A stretch of 64,000 nucleotides of DNA, taken from an uncultured Anderseniella sp. (GTDB lineage: Bacteria > Pseudomonadota > Alphaproteobacteria > Rhizobiales > Aestuariivirgaceae). Location of the stretch: the NCBI GenBank assembly GCA_947488295.1, contig CANKYU010000001.1:854183-918182 (forward strand). Reading direction: 5' to 3'. Below are positions 31,407-40,531 of this stretch, one piece after another; position 1 is the stretch's first letter, and each line of letters opens with the position of its first letter. The position numbers and the translations under genes are program-made. The notes under the pieces are model-generated. The model did not search any database. It saw only the letters and a list, made by a program, of their open reading frames with translations, and was not told where the DNA came from.

Positions 31407-32609
31407 TCAGGCGCGCTTGCGCGCCGTCTTTGGTGCCTTGCCGGTGTCATCGCCACGCAGGTTGACGAGATCATCCAGCAGCCCCTGGGTGCCGTTGTGG
31501 ACAGCCAGGTACTGCACCTTGCCGGCTACCTTTTCCAGAGCTTCGAGCTCCTTCAGGCGCAGCATGACAGGGTTTTCCGCCATGACCTTCGCCGTGTTCA
31601 GCAGCGAACGCGTGGCGTTGGTTTCCTCACGGCGGCGGATGACATTGGCCTCTGCCTCCTTCTCCGCGGCAACCACCTGGTTCAGGATTTCGCGGACCTC
31701 ACCGGGCAGGATTACATCCTTCACGGCAATGTCGCCGACCTTGATCCCGACGGCGGCCATCTGCTCACGCACTGTGCGCGCAGCTTCGCTATCAACCGAC
31801 ACCTTGTCCGCCAGAATCTGGTCCAGCGTCTTGGTGCCGAAAGACTGGCGGAAGCCATGCTGCAGCGCCCGATACAGGGCCTCGTTGAAATCCTTCACCT
31901 TCGACGCAGCCTTTACCGGGTCTGCAACCCGGTAGGCGGCGGTGATGTTGACCCGGACCGAAACCCGGTCGCGGGTCAGGATTTCCTGGCCTGTCACCTC
32001 GATGGCGTGCTCGCGCACGTCAACCACCTTGACGTTCACCGGTCGCCCGATGTTCCAGAAGGCGTAAGCGCCTGGCTTCAGGGTCTGCTCAAATGCGTTG
32101 TCCACATAGAGTAGGCCTGCCTGACCTTCCTCGACATTGAAACGCTTCACCGCGTCAACCGGCTTGTGGCCGGCCAGCCGCTTGGCAAGCTTCTGGTCGA
32201 TGGCCAGTGAACCGGATACGTCGACGTGTTCAACGCTCCATGGTCCGGCATCGGTCCAGTAGACCTCGCGCGCATCAGGCCGCACCACGGTGTGAAGCCT
32301 GCCATCACGGGTCACTATCGCAACCTGGTTGTCAGATGTGCGCACTTCGGTGAAGTGGGCATCTGCCAACACCCGGCTGCCGGTAAACAATGCCGTTTCG
32401 TAAGTTGAACGAAACTCAGCCTGGTTGATATCATGCACCTCAACATCGATGCGCGACCTGAAGCTGGTCAGGACATGGCGTCCTGGACGGAGAATGTCCT
32501 TGAACTTGCCGTTTTGCAGTACGAGCGCGCGCTGGTTTTCCGGCACTGTTACAATGGTTCGAAACAGGTAATTTCTTGTCGTAGTCATAATCATTCTCTT
32601 TCCAGTCAT
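31407..32609 (-). CDS. SPFH/band-7 (slipin-like) domain protein with ~150 aa N-terminal extra domain
   Basis: SPFH core blocks followed by coiled-coil (VVAAEKEAEANVIRRRE...). Confidence 0.75.
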   Translation of the reverse strand: MTGKRMIMTTTRNYLFRTIVTVPENQRALVLQNGKFKDILRPGRHVLTSFRSRIDVEVHDINQAEFRSTYETALFTGSRVLADAHFTEVRTSDNQVAIVTRDGRLHTVVRPDAREVYWTDAGPWSVEHVDVSGSLAIDQKLAKRLAGHKPVDAVKRFNVEEGQAGLLYVDNAFEQTLKPGAYAFWNIGRPVNVKVVDVREHAIEVTGQEILTRDRVSVRVNITAAYRVADPVKAASKVKDFNEALYRALQHGFRQSFGTKTLDQILADKVSVDSEAARTVREQMAAVGIKVGDIAVKDVILPGEVREILNQVVAAEKEAEANVIRRREETNATRSLLNTAKVMAENPVMLRLKELEALEKVAGKVQYLAVHNGTQGLLDDLVNLRGDDTGKAPKTARKRA

Positions 32610-33030
32610 ACGTCATGTCATCTCAAGGCATGCTCGCTAACTTCCTTTTGTTGTCCGCCATATCGGCGGGGTGGTTTCCGGCAATTTGCTGTTTCAGGCA
32701 TGGGCCCCGTCTGCCGGATCGGCAGGGCACATGAAGCCAAAATTCTCAGGACCCCCTGGAGCGGGACATAACGGGTAACGAACGGAACCCGGATTTGCCG
32801 TCTGGGCATGGCGTGCGGGGCATCAGGGCGCTTGCGGAGCAGAACAGGGCGTTCGAGAACTTCCTGCCTGGTGCCGCAAGTGCACAAAATGCCTGGCAAA
32901 CAGGCGCATCCGGCAAAGTACCCGGTATTCGGGTTCGCATGCCGCGGCTCAATTTGCACCACCGACTGCCATCCGGCCGAAGCCTTCCGGCATAGAGCAG
33001 TGCTCGTCTTGCCTGGCCCACTCCAGAGGG

Positions 33031-33055
33031 CCTTTTTTGGTACCCGGCTTTCGCC
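33031..33055 (+). terminator. Rho-independent terminator on plus strand (ggcccactccagagggcc + tttttt)
   Basis: Perfect 5-bp GC stem with 8-nt loop followed by T6 run; no annotated plus-strand gene upstream. Confidence 0.5.
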
Positions 33056-33064
33056 GGAGAAGGG

Positions 33065-33138
33065 TTTAGAAAGAGGGAATTGAACCCTCGACCGACAGAT
33101 TTAAAGTCTGTTGCTCTCACCAACTGAGCTATTTCTAA
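33065..33138 (-). tRNA. tRNA-like gene with anticodon UUA (ochre-suppressor-like; tRNA-Lys-like body)
   Basis: Reverse complement folds as a perfect cloverleaf: acceptor TTAGAAA/TTTCTAA, D arm GCTC-AGTTGGTGA-GAGC, anticodon stem ACAGA/TCTGT with loop CTTTAAA (U33, anticodon T34T35A36, A37), T arm GAGGG-TTCAATT-CCCTC, discriminator A. Confidence 0.55.
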
Positions 33139-33139
33139 T

Positions 33140-33211
33140 GGAGGATAAGGGGAATCGAACCCGCTTCCGCCAGCTTTAAGGGCTGGTGCTCTACCGATGA
33201 GCTATATCCGT
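33140..33211 (-). tRNA. Degenerate tRNA-like sequence (possible pseudo-tRNA), anticodon loop CCTTAAA (also reads TTA)
   Basis: D arm GCTC-ATCGGTA-GAGC, anticodon stem CCAGC/GCTGG, T arm GCGGG-TTCGATT-CCCCT with one mismatch, acceptor with two terminal mismatches; separated from next tRNA by 1 nt. Confidence 0.35.
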
Positions 33212-33438
33212 CTAACCCGCAATTCACGCACCCGGCGGTCGCACATAGCAACGCCAATGGGCCTATGCCGGCGGAGTCTGCAGAACTCCCGGCCGCTGAA
33301 CGCTCGGACGATCACAAGCGGGAGCGGGGAGATACGCGGGTTTTTACAAGGATGCAATAGCCAAACCCGGATTTTTTTTGCATGTCGCAAAAATAAATCA
33401 GTACTGTGACATTTTTGCCACACACGACTAAGGCCTGC

Positions 33439-34086
33439 TTAAGCCTGTTTGCCGTAACTTTTGAACTTCGCTATCACCCGGTCCATTTCAGCGTCGTCCA
33501 GGATATGACCTCCGCCAAGGCTGAGTACGTCAATGTACTGCCGGGCCAGCGTTTCAACCTCGCCGGCCAGTTCCAGCGCCTTGCCCAGATTGCCGGCAAA
33601 GGCGATCTGGCCGTGATTGGCCAGCAGGCAGGCCTTGTAGCCGCCCGACAGCGCAGTGACAGCACTGGTTGCCAGTTCATCGGTGCCGAAGGTCGCGTAT
33701 TCTGCCAGCGGTATCTTCTTGCCGCCGGCAACTGCCACCATGTAGTGGAACGCCGGAATTTCCATACGCGCGCATGCCAGGGCGGTGGCGGCCATCGAAT
33801 GGCAGTGCACGATAGCCTTCGCGCCGGGAAAGGCATTGTAGATCGCAAGATGGAAGGGCGCTTCTGACGACGGTTTTTTCTGGTCCGGCGCGATCGTGCC
33901 GTCCATTGACATTTTCACCATGTCGGCGGGCTGGTAGTCGGCGTAGGGCAGGCCGGTCGGGGTAACCAGAATACTGTCTGCGATACGCACGGACACATTG
34001 CCGGAGCGTTGCGGCGACAGGCCCTTTGCGCTCATTGCCTGGGCAGTTTCGACCACCTCGCGGCGAAGGGATGTTTCATTACTCAT
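33439..34086 (-). CDS. Class II aldolase/adducin-family protein: methylthioribulose-1-phosphate dehydratase (MtnB) or MTRu-1-P aldolase (Ald2)
   Basis: 215 aa class II aldolase fold (Zn ligands in HxH block … HCHSMAATAL); coupled to mtnA. Confidence 0.75.
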   Translation of the reverse strand: MSNETSLRREVVETAQAMSAKGLSPQRSGNVSVRIADSILVTPTGLPYADYQPADMVKMSMDGTIAPDQKKPSSEAPFHLAIYNAFPGAKAIVHCHSMAATALACARMEIPAFHYMVAVAGGKKIPLAEYATFGTDELATSAVTALSGGYKACLLANHGQIAFAGNLGKALELAGEVETLARQYIDVLSLGGGHILDDAEMDRVIAKFKSYGKQA

Positions 34087-35219
34087 GTCTTGCGCTCCGG
34101 ATACAACGATAACAGGCCTTCAGCAGATGCCTCGCAAACACCGCGTTCGGTAATCAGGCCGGTGACAAGGCGGGCAGGTGTGACATCAAAGGCCGGATTG
34201 CCGGCACCCGATCCGGGTGCCGACACCTGGACCCTGACGATGGACCCGTCTTCAGCCAGTCCGCTCAAATGGGTAACCTCTTCGCCGTCACGCTCCTCGA
34301 TGGGGATGCCGGCCACGCCGTCAGCCACGGACCAGTCGATGGTAGAGTGCGGCAGGGCGACATAAAACGGGATGCCGTTGTCCTTTGCCGCAAGGGCCTT
34401 CAGATAGGTGCCGATCTTGTTGCAGACATCGCCATTGGCTGCGGTGCGGTCGGTGCCGGTGATCACCAGGTCCACCTGGCCGTTCTGCATCAGGTGGCCG
34501 CCGGCATTGTCGACCACGATGGTATGCGGCACGCCGTGACTGCCAAGCTCCCATGCGGTCAGGGCTGCGCCCTGGTTGCGCGGCCGGGTTTCGTCCGCCC
34601 ACACATGCACCGGAATGCCCTTGTCATGCGCCATGTAGATCGGCGAAAGCGCCGTACCCCAGTCGACGGTTGCAATCCAGCCGGCATTGCAGTGGGTCAG
34701 GATGTTGACGGTTTCGCCTGGCTTTTCAGCGGCAATGTCCTCGATCAGCCCGAGCCCGTTGCGGCCAATGGCGGCGTTGGTTTCCACATCAGCGTCACAA
34801 AGGTCCGCGGCCCGTTTGTAAGCCGCAGCGAGCCGGTCACTGCGCGGCAGGTTGCGCACCGCGGCCAGCATTTCATCGAGCGCCCACATCAGGTTGATGG
34901 CAGTGGGCCGGGTGCGGCGCAGTCTGGCATCGGCTGCTTCAAGGGCTTCATCGGACGGGTCGTGGCGCAGTGCCAGGCAGATGCCATAGGCGGCTGTCGC
35001 GCCGATCAGCGGGGCACCACGCACCTGCATGATCTCGATGGCGCGGGCAGCATCCTCGACTGTTGCCAGCGTCACGATTTCGAATTCGTGCGGAAGCCGT
35101 GTCTGGTCGATGATATCGACCCGCCAGCCATCGTCATTGAGCCAGATCGAGCGGTGGGATTTGCCTGCAACTTTCATGTGCTCACCTTCCACCGCCTTCC
35201 AGACCGAGCCGTATGCCAA
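34083..35219 (-). CDS. mtnA: S-methyl-5-thioribose-1-phosphate isomerase
   Basis: eIF-2B-like fold, 378 aa, blocks RGAPLIGATAAYG, GTDRTAANGDVCNKIGTY. Confidence 0.9.
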   Translation of the reverse strand: MAYGSVWKAVEGEHMKVAGKSHRSIWLNDDGWRVDIIDQTRLPHEFEIVTLATVEDAARAIEIMQVRGAPLIGATAAYGICLALRHDPSDEALEAADARLRRTRPTAINLMWALDEMLAAVRNLPRSDRLAAAYKRAADLCDADVETNAAIGRNGLGLIEDIAAEKPGETVNILTHCNAGWIATVDWGTALSPIYMAHDKGIPVHVWADETRPRNQGAALTAWELGSHGVPHTIVVDNAGGHLMQNGQVDLVITGTDRTAANGDVCNKIGTYLKALAAKDNGIPFYVALPHSTIDWSVADGVAGIPIEERDGEEVTHLSGLAEDGSIVRVQVSAPGSGAGNPAFDVTPARLVTGLITERGVCEASAEGLLSLYPERKT

Positions 35220-35814
35220 GCCCGGTCAGTATTGAACCACCGATCCAGCGGGCCAGGCGTTGACCCCGCAGGCTCTGCTTGATCCGGCCCACAATGCGAT
35301 GGGCAAGGGCGACGGCGACCAGATCCGCGGATGAGAAGACCACGTTCACGATGGTGCCGAGGATCAGGAACTGCAGCCATGCCGGCAGCGCTGCTGCCGG
35401 ATCCACGAACTGTGGCAGGAACGCGATGAAGAAAACCGCAGTTTTGGGATTCAGGATTTCCACCAGCATGCTCTGCGCGAAGGTCCGGCGCGGGTTCGAG
35501 GCAGCAGGTTGCGGGCTGTCGGTTTCGATGCGCTGGGTGATCATTCGAAACCCCAGCCACACCAGGTAGGCAGCGCCGGCAAGCTTGACGATCATGTAGG
35601 CGGTGGGAACCTGAGACAGCAGAAAACCCAGGCCAGCCGCAGCGGCGATGACGTGCACATAACCACCCAGATGAATACCGAATGCCGCCATCAGTCCGCC
35701 CTTGCGACCCCGCGCGATGGTCTGCGCGGTGGCGTAGAGCAGAGCCGGGCCGGGCATGTAGGCGAAAATCATGGTGGCAACAAAGAACGCAGCGAGGGTG
35801 TCGAGATCAGCCAT
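35182..35814 (-). CDS. LysE/RhtB-family amino-acid exporter
   Basis: 210 aa, 6 TM, LysE family N-terminal block (…PGPALLY…). Confidence 0.8.
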   Translation of the reverse strand: MADLDTLAAFFVATMIFAYMPGPALLYATAQTIARGRKGGLMAAFGIHLGGYVHVIAAAAGLGFLLSQVPTAYMIVKLAGAAYLVWLGFRMITQRIETDSPQPAASNPRRTFAQSMLVEILNPKTAVFFIAFLPQFVDPAAALPAWLQFLILGTIVNVVFSSADLVAVALAHRIVGRIKQSLRGQRLARWIGGSILTGLGIRLGLEGGGR

Positions 35815-35816
35815 GT

Positions 35817-36362
35817 CTAATCCCCTTCATAGTCTACGAGGCGATGTACCTTGATGTCCTTGTCGATGAGTTTTTGCGCGCCGCCCAGGTCGGGCAGATT
35901 GACAACGAACGCTGCGGCAACAACATCGCCACCAGACCCCTGGATCAGGTCAATGGCGGCTTCTGCAGTGCCGCCGGTTGCGATCAGATCATCGATCAGC
36001 AGGATTTTGTCACCCGCCGAAATGGCATCTGCGTGGATCTCGATTGTGTCGACGCCGTATTCCAGCTGGTAATCCCTGCCAATCACCTTGCCGGGCAGTT
36101 TGCCCTTTTTGCGGATCGGCAGGAAACCGAGGCCGAGCTCGTGGGCGATTGCGCCGCCCAGAATGAATCCACGTGCCTCGATGCCAACCACATAATCCAC
36201 GCCGGCAGACAGGAACGGCCACATCAACTCATCGACAGCGGCGCGAAAGGCATGCTTGTTGGCCAGCAGGGTCGTGATGTCGCGAAACTGGACACCCGGT
36301 TTAGGGTAGTCGGGAATGGTGCGGATATGGCGGCGAATGTCAAAGCCGTTGCGAAGGTCCAT
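35817..36362 (-). CDS. apt: Adenine phosphoribosyltransferase
   Basis: PRPP-binding motif ILLIDDLIATGGTAEAA; 181 aa. Confidence 0.9.
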   Translation of the reverse strand: MDLRNGFDIRRHIRTIPDYPKPGVQFRDITTLLANKHAFRAAVDELMWPFLSAGVDYVVGIEARGFILGGAIAHELGLGFLPIRKKGKLPGKVIGRDYQLEYGVDTIEIHADAISAGDKILLIDDLIATGGTAEAAIDLIQGSGGDVVAAAFVVNLPDLGGAQKLIDKDIKVHRLVDYEGD

Positions 36363-36395
36363 CAGGCAGATCCTTGTTGTATTGGATAAAACGAT

Positions 36396-37409
36396 CTAAC
36401 GGGCTTTATCGACGAATTCATCGAAGTGGGCAACAGCGGCGCGCTTGTCGGCCTCGTTCATGAACGATCCGATGAAACTGTTGCGTCCCAGCTGCACAAT
36501 CTCCGGGTGCGTGAGGTCCAGCGCCTCGGCAATAGCGAGGTAGTTGTCGTTCACATAGCCACCGAAATAGGACGGGTCATCAGAATTGACGGTGGCGCAG
36601 ATACCGGCCTGCAACATGCGTCGCAAAGGGTGGTTTTCAAGGTCAGGCACCACCTGGAGCCGCTTGTTGGACAGGGGGCACACGGTCATGGCCATGCCGC
36701 TGTCGGCAATGCGTTTGACCAGTGACGGGTCTTCCAGCGCCCGGTTGCCGTGATCGATGCGTTCTATGTGCAGATCATCGAGCGCTTCGGTCACATAGGC
36801 CGGCGGGCCTTCTTCGCCGGCATGGGCCACCGGGGTGAAACCGTGCTGACGGGCTTCGGCAAAAACACGTTTGAACTTTGACGGCGGATGGCCGGTTTCG
36901 GAGCTGTCCAGGCCAACCCCGTGGATGTGGCTCTTGCACGAGCAGGCCTGTTCAAGGGCATCGAATGCCTCATCTTCACTGAGGTGACGCAGAAAACACA
37001 TGATCAGTTTCGAGGTTATGCCGAAGTCGCGTTTGGCCTTGTCAAAAGCATCAGTGAGACCGGACAGGACGGTATCAAAGCTGATGCCGCGGGCGGTATG
37101 GCCCTGAGGGTCGAAGAAGACTTCGACGTGAGTAACGTTCTGTGCCGACATCTTCTCCAGATAGGCCCAGGCCAGATCAAAAAAATCCTGCCGCTGCACC
37201 AGGACCGACATGCCCAGATAGTACACGTCGAGGAAATCCTGCAGGCAGTTGAATTCATAGGCCTGGCGGATATCCTCCACGGTGGCATAGGGCAGGGTGA
37301 TCCGGTTGCGCCTGGCGAGAGCCATCATCAGCTCCGGTTCGAGCGTTCCTTCTATATGCAGATGCAGCTCTGCCTTGGGCATGTCGGCGATAAAGCGGGC
37401 AAGGTTCAT
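36396..37409 (-). CDS. add: Adenosine/adenine deaminase (amidohydrolase family)
   Basis: PKAELHLHIEGT metal-binding start, SDDP and HAGE motifs; 337 aa. Confidence 0.85.
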   Translation of the reverse strand: MNLARFIADMPKAELHLHIEGTLEPELMMALARRNRITLPYATVEDIRQAYEFNCLQDFLDVYYLGMSVLVQRQDFFDLAWAYLEKMSAQNVTHVEVFFDPQGHTARGISFDTVLSGLTDAFDKAKRDFGITSKLIMCFLRHLSEDEAFDALEQACSCKSHIHGVGLDSSETGHPPSKFKRVFAEARQHGFTPVAHAGEEGPPAYVTEALDDLHIERIDHGNRALEDPSLVKRIADSGMAMTVCPLSNKRLQVVPDLENHPLRRMLQAGICATVNSDDPSYFGGYVNDNYLAIAEALDLTHPEIVQLGRNSFIGSFMNEADKRAAVAHFDEFVDKAR

Positions 37410-37437
37410 TTTTCACCAGGATCATGAAGGGGCGAGG

Positions 37438-38310
37438 CTATCGGTTCAGTACCCGTCCGGCAACGGCATCGAGCTTGGCCAGCAGATTTGCATCGCGCTT
37501 GTCAGGTGCTGTCATTACGGCAAATTCCAGTGCCGTATCCGAATGAATGGGGCAAGGCTGATGCTCGGCGGGCAGGTCGTTTGCCAGCCGTGTGACCAGC
37601 CTGATGGCATTGGAGACGTTGGCGCGCATGACTTCAAGGATGGAGGTGATGTCGACCGCGCCGTGATCGGGATGCCAGGAGTCAAAGTCGGTGACCATGG
37701 CGGCTGTGGCGTAACAGATCTCGGCTTCACGGGCCAGTTTGGCTTCCGGCATGTTGGTCATGCCGATGACATCACAGCCCCACTGACGGTAGAGCTTGCT
37801 TTCCGCGACGCTTGAGAACTGCGGTCCTTCCATGCACAAGTATGTGCCGTTGCGGGCATGGGGTATGCCTTCAGCTTTCGCGGCGGCTTCCAGAGCGTCG
37901 GCGAGCAGCGGAGAGATCGGGTCTGCAACCGAGACATGCGCGACACAGCCCTCGCCAAAGAAACTCTTTTCGCGGGCGAACGTGCGGTCGATGAACTGAT
38001 CGATGATCACAAACGTGCCGGGCGGCAGCTCTTCCCTGAAAGACCCGCAGGCGGATACCGAGACAAGATCGGTGACGCCGGCGCGCTTCAGGACGTCGAT
38101 ATTGGCCCGGTAGTTGATGTCGCCGGGCGGAATTCTGTGGCCACGCCCGTGACGGGGCAGGAACACCACCGGAAGGCCGCCAATCTCGCCACGGCGTACC
38201 TCGTCGGACGGTTCACCCCAGGGACTGTCAATCTTCTCCCAGCGGGCATTGTCCATTTCGATGTCGTAGACGCCTGATCCGCCGACAATTCCTAGAACTG
38301 ATCTGGTCAT
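37438..38310 (-). CDS. mtnP: S-methyl-5'-thioadenosine phosphorylase
   Basis: PNP/MTAP family blocks (LGIVGGSG, TNMPEAKLAREAEICYA). Confidence 0.9.
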   Translation of the reverse strand: MTRSVLGIVGGSGVYDIEMDNARWEKIDSPWGEPSDEVRRGEIGGLPVVFLPRHGRGHRIPPGDINYRANIDVLKRAGVTDLVSVSACGSFREELPPGTFVIIDQFIDRTFAREKSFFGEGCVAHVSVADPISPLLADALEAAAKAEGIPHARNGTYLCMEGPQFSSVAESKLYRQWGCDVIGMTNMPEAKLAREAEICYATAAMVTDFDSWHPDHGAVDITSILEVMRANVSNAIRLVTRLANDLPAEHQPCPIHSDTALEFAVMTAPDKRDANLLAKLDAVAGRVLNR

Positions 38311-38341
38311 TGTTTAGTGCTCCGGATTGAAAAAGCCCGGA

Positions 38342-38366
38342 CGTTTCCATCCGGGCTCATTGTTCA
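38342..38366 (-). terminator. Rho-independent terminator for petC operon (agcccgg-loop-ccgggct then TTTTT on minus strand)
   Basis: 7-bp GC stem followed by U-run in minus-strand orientation, 25 nt after petC stop. Confidence 0.55.
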
Positions 38367-38390
38367 AAGGCATCCCAATCTTTGCCGGGA

Positions 38391-39239
38391 TCAGTGCGGT
38401 TCGCGGCCCCAGACGCGTTTCTTGGTCAGGAACAACAACACCGACAGCAGTATCAGGTAAAGCACGACCTGAAAGCCCATCGACTTGCGCTGCTCCATTT
38501 TCGGTTCGCCGGCCCAGGTCAGGAAAGCGGCGACATCGGTTGCCATTTGCTCGACGCTGGCCTTGGTGCCGTCGGCATATTCAACCGAATCTTCCGACAG
38601 CGGTGCGGCCATCGATATCCAGGGGCCAGCCGAGAAGTATGGGTTGTAGGATTTGCCTTCCGGCGCGTCCTTGGCGACTTCTGCCGGTGGCTCCTGGTAT
38701 CCCATCAGAACGGAGCGAACGTATTCCGGTCCGCCATTACCTTTCACCAGCTTAATGAACGGTGACACGTACCAGGGAAAATGGAAGCCTTCGCGCTTTT
38801 TGGTGATCAGCGACAAGTCAGCCGGATAGGCACCGCCATTGGCAGACATTGCCGCTTCCCGGTTGGGGAAAGGGCTGGCAAACTTGTCCGCCGGCAAGCC
38901 AGGGCGTTCAAACATTTCGCCTTCGTCATTGGGACCGTCCTCGATGGTTGCCTCGGCAGCGACAGCCTTTACCTCGGCTTCCGACAGCTCCGGTCCGCCG
39001 GGTTGCGAAAGATTGCGGTAGGCCAACTGATTCAGCGAGTGACACGCGGCGCAGACTTCTTTGTACACCAGATAACCGCGCTGCAGTTGCGCCCGGTCGA
39101 AATGCCCGAAGACGCCTTCGAACGAGAAACTGATATCTTCGGCGTTTTTCTGCTTACCCGCCGCAATCGCAGTCGTGCCGCTCAGAACCAGGGAGGTTCC
39201 AAGGGCAATGGCAGCGAGGAGTGATTTTGTCGTCTTCAT
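38391..39239 (-). CDS. petC: Cytochrome c1
   Basis: Signal peptide, heme motif CAACHS, C-terminal TM anchor. Confidence 0.9.
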   Translation of the reverse strand: MKTTKSLLAAIALGTSLVLSGTTAIAAGKQKNAEDISFSFEGVFGHFDRAQLQRGYLVYKEVCAACHSLNQLAYRNLSQPGGPELSEAEVKAVAAEATIEDGPNDEGEMFERPGLPADKFASPFPNREAAMSANGGAYPADLSLITKKREGFHFPWYVSPFIKLVKGNGGPEYVRSVLMGYQEPPAEVAKDAPEGKSYNPYFSAGPWISMAAPLSEDSVEYADGTKASVEQMATDVAAFLTWAGEPKMEQRKSMGFQVVLYLILLSVLLFLTKKRVWGREPH

Positions 39240-39263
39240 TGAAATGTCTCCTGAGTGCTGCTG

Positions 39264-40520
39264 TTACTCAGCCGGTTGGGCTGCGGGCTGTTTGTCGGCG
39301 TTCTTCGCCAATACCGAATCCGATATGGATGATGGTAACGGTTTGGGCGTTTCCAGCAATCCGACAAGCGGCAGCAGAATGAGGAAATGGGCAAAGTAGT
39401 ACACGGTAGCGATCTGGCCAACGGTGATCCACCAGCCTTCCGGCGGGTTGGCACCCACGACGCCCAGGATGAAGAAGTCGATCATCAACAGCCAGAACAG
39501 CTGCTTGAAGATTGGCCGGTACGTTGCTGAACGGACCTTTGAGGTATCCAGCCAGGGCAGGATGAACCACACCAGGATCGAACCGAACATGGCGACAACA
39601 CCCAGAAGCTTGTCCGGCACGGCGCGCAGGATCGCGTAGAACGGCAGGTAGTACCATTCAGGAACGATGTGCTCAGGGGTGACCAGCGGATTGGCTTCTT
39701 CGTAGTTGATCGAATGCCCCAGATAATCAGGCGCGAAGAACACGAAGGCCGTGAACACGATGAAGAACACCGACAGCGCGAACGCGTCCTTGACAGTTGC
39801 AAACGGTGTGAACGCCAGCGTGTCCTGACCGGACTTCACCTCAACACCGGTCGGATTGTTCTGGCCGGTCACATGCAGTGCCCAAACGTGCAGGATGACA
39901 ACACCGACGAGCACGAACGGCAGCAGGTAATGCAGCGAGAAGAAGCGCTGCAAAGTGGCATTGTCCACCGAGAAACCGCCCCAGAGCCAGGTCACGATTG
40001 TCTCGCCAAAGAACGGCACGGCGGAAAACAGGTTGGTGATAACCTTGGCGCCCCAGAAGCTCATCTGGCCCCAGGGAAGCACATAGCCCATGAAACCGGT
40101 GGCCATCATGATCAGGAAGATGGCGACACCGAGCATCCACAGAATTTCTCGTGGTGCTTTATATGAGCCGTAATACATGCCGCGGGCAATGTGGATATAG
40201 ACCGCGATGAAGAAGAACGACGCGCCAACGGCATGCCATTTCTGCAGAATGTTGCCAAAATTCACGTCACGGCGGATGTGTTCGACAGAATCGAATGCCA
40301 TGTCCACGTGCGGCGTGTAGTGCATGACCAGCACAATGCCGGTGATGATCTGCGAGACCATCATGATCATCAGGATTCCGCCGAACGTGTACCAGTAGTT
40401 CAGGTTGCGCGGCACCGGATAGCTGACAAAGCTGTCATACATCAGCCGCGGCAGTGGCAAACGGTCGTCGACCCATTTCATGACTGGGTTGGTCGGATTA
40501 TATGTGGAATGTCCGCTCAT
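39264..40520 (-). CDS. petB: Cytochrome b
   Basis: 8-TM cytochrome b with heme-ligating His pairs, PEWY motif ([15 protein letters not shown]). Confidence 0.95.
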   Translation of the reverse strand: MSGHSTYNPTNPVMKWVDDRLPLPRLMYDSFVSYPVPRNLNYWYTFGGILMIMMVSQIITGIVLVMHYTPHVDMAFDSVEHIRRDVNFGNILQKWHAVGASFFFIAVYIHIARGMYYGSYKAPREILWMLGVAIFLIMMATGFMGYVLPWGQMSFWGAKVITNLFSAVPFFGETIVTWLWGGFSVDNATLQRFFSLHYLLPFVLVGVVILHVWALHVTGQNNPTGVEVKSGQDTLAFTPFATVKDAFALSVFFIVFTAFVFFAPDYLGHSINYEEANPLVTPEHIVPEWYYLPFYAILRAVPDKLLGVVAMFGSILVWFILPWLDTSKVRSATYRPIFKQLFWLLMIDFFILGVVGANPPEGWWITVGQIATVYYFAHFLILLPLVGLLETPKPLPSSISDSVLAKNADKQPAAQPAE

Positions 40521-40531
40521 GATGTGTTCCC

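Noticed and set aside
32610-33060. Interpretation of the structured gene-free segment as RNase P RNA, tmRNA or SRP RNA
   Set aside because: Scanned by eye for P4/CR-I/CR-V motifs, a tag-peptide frame ending ...LAA, a T-loop on the plus strand, and the SRP domain IV motif. There is only a weak resemblance (acggaacccggatt versus CR-V), and the position relative to the SPFH gene is incompatible with a full-length RNase P RNA.
32795-33083. Small ORFs 32795-32995 (66 aa) and 32808-33083 (91 aa) as protein genes
   Set aside because: No RBS. One ORF runs through the terminator hairpin, and GC3 bias decays along the frame. More likely non-coding.
33140-33211. Upstream tRNA-like copy as a functional tRNA
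   Set aside because: Two terminal acceptor mismatches, a C-C mismatch in the T stem, and C at position 33. Retained only as a pseudo-tRNA feature.
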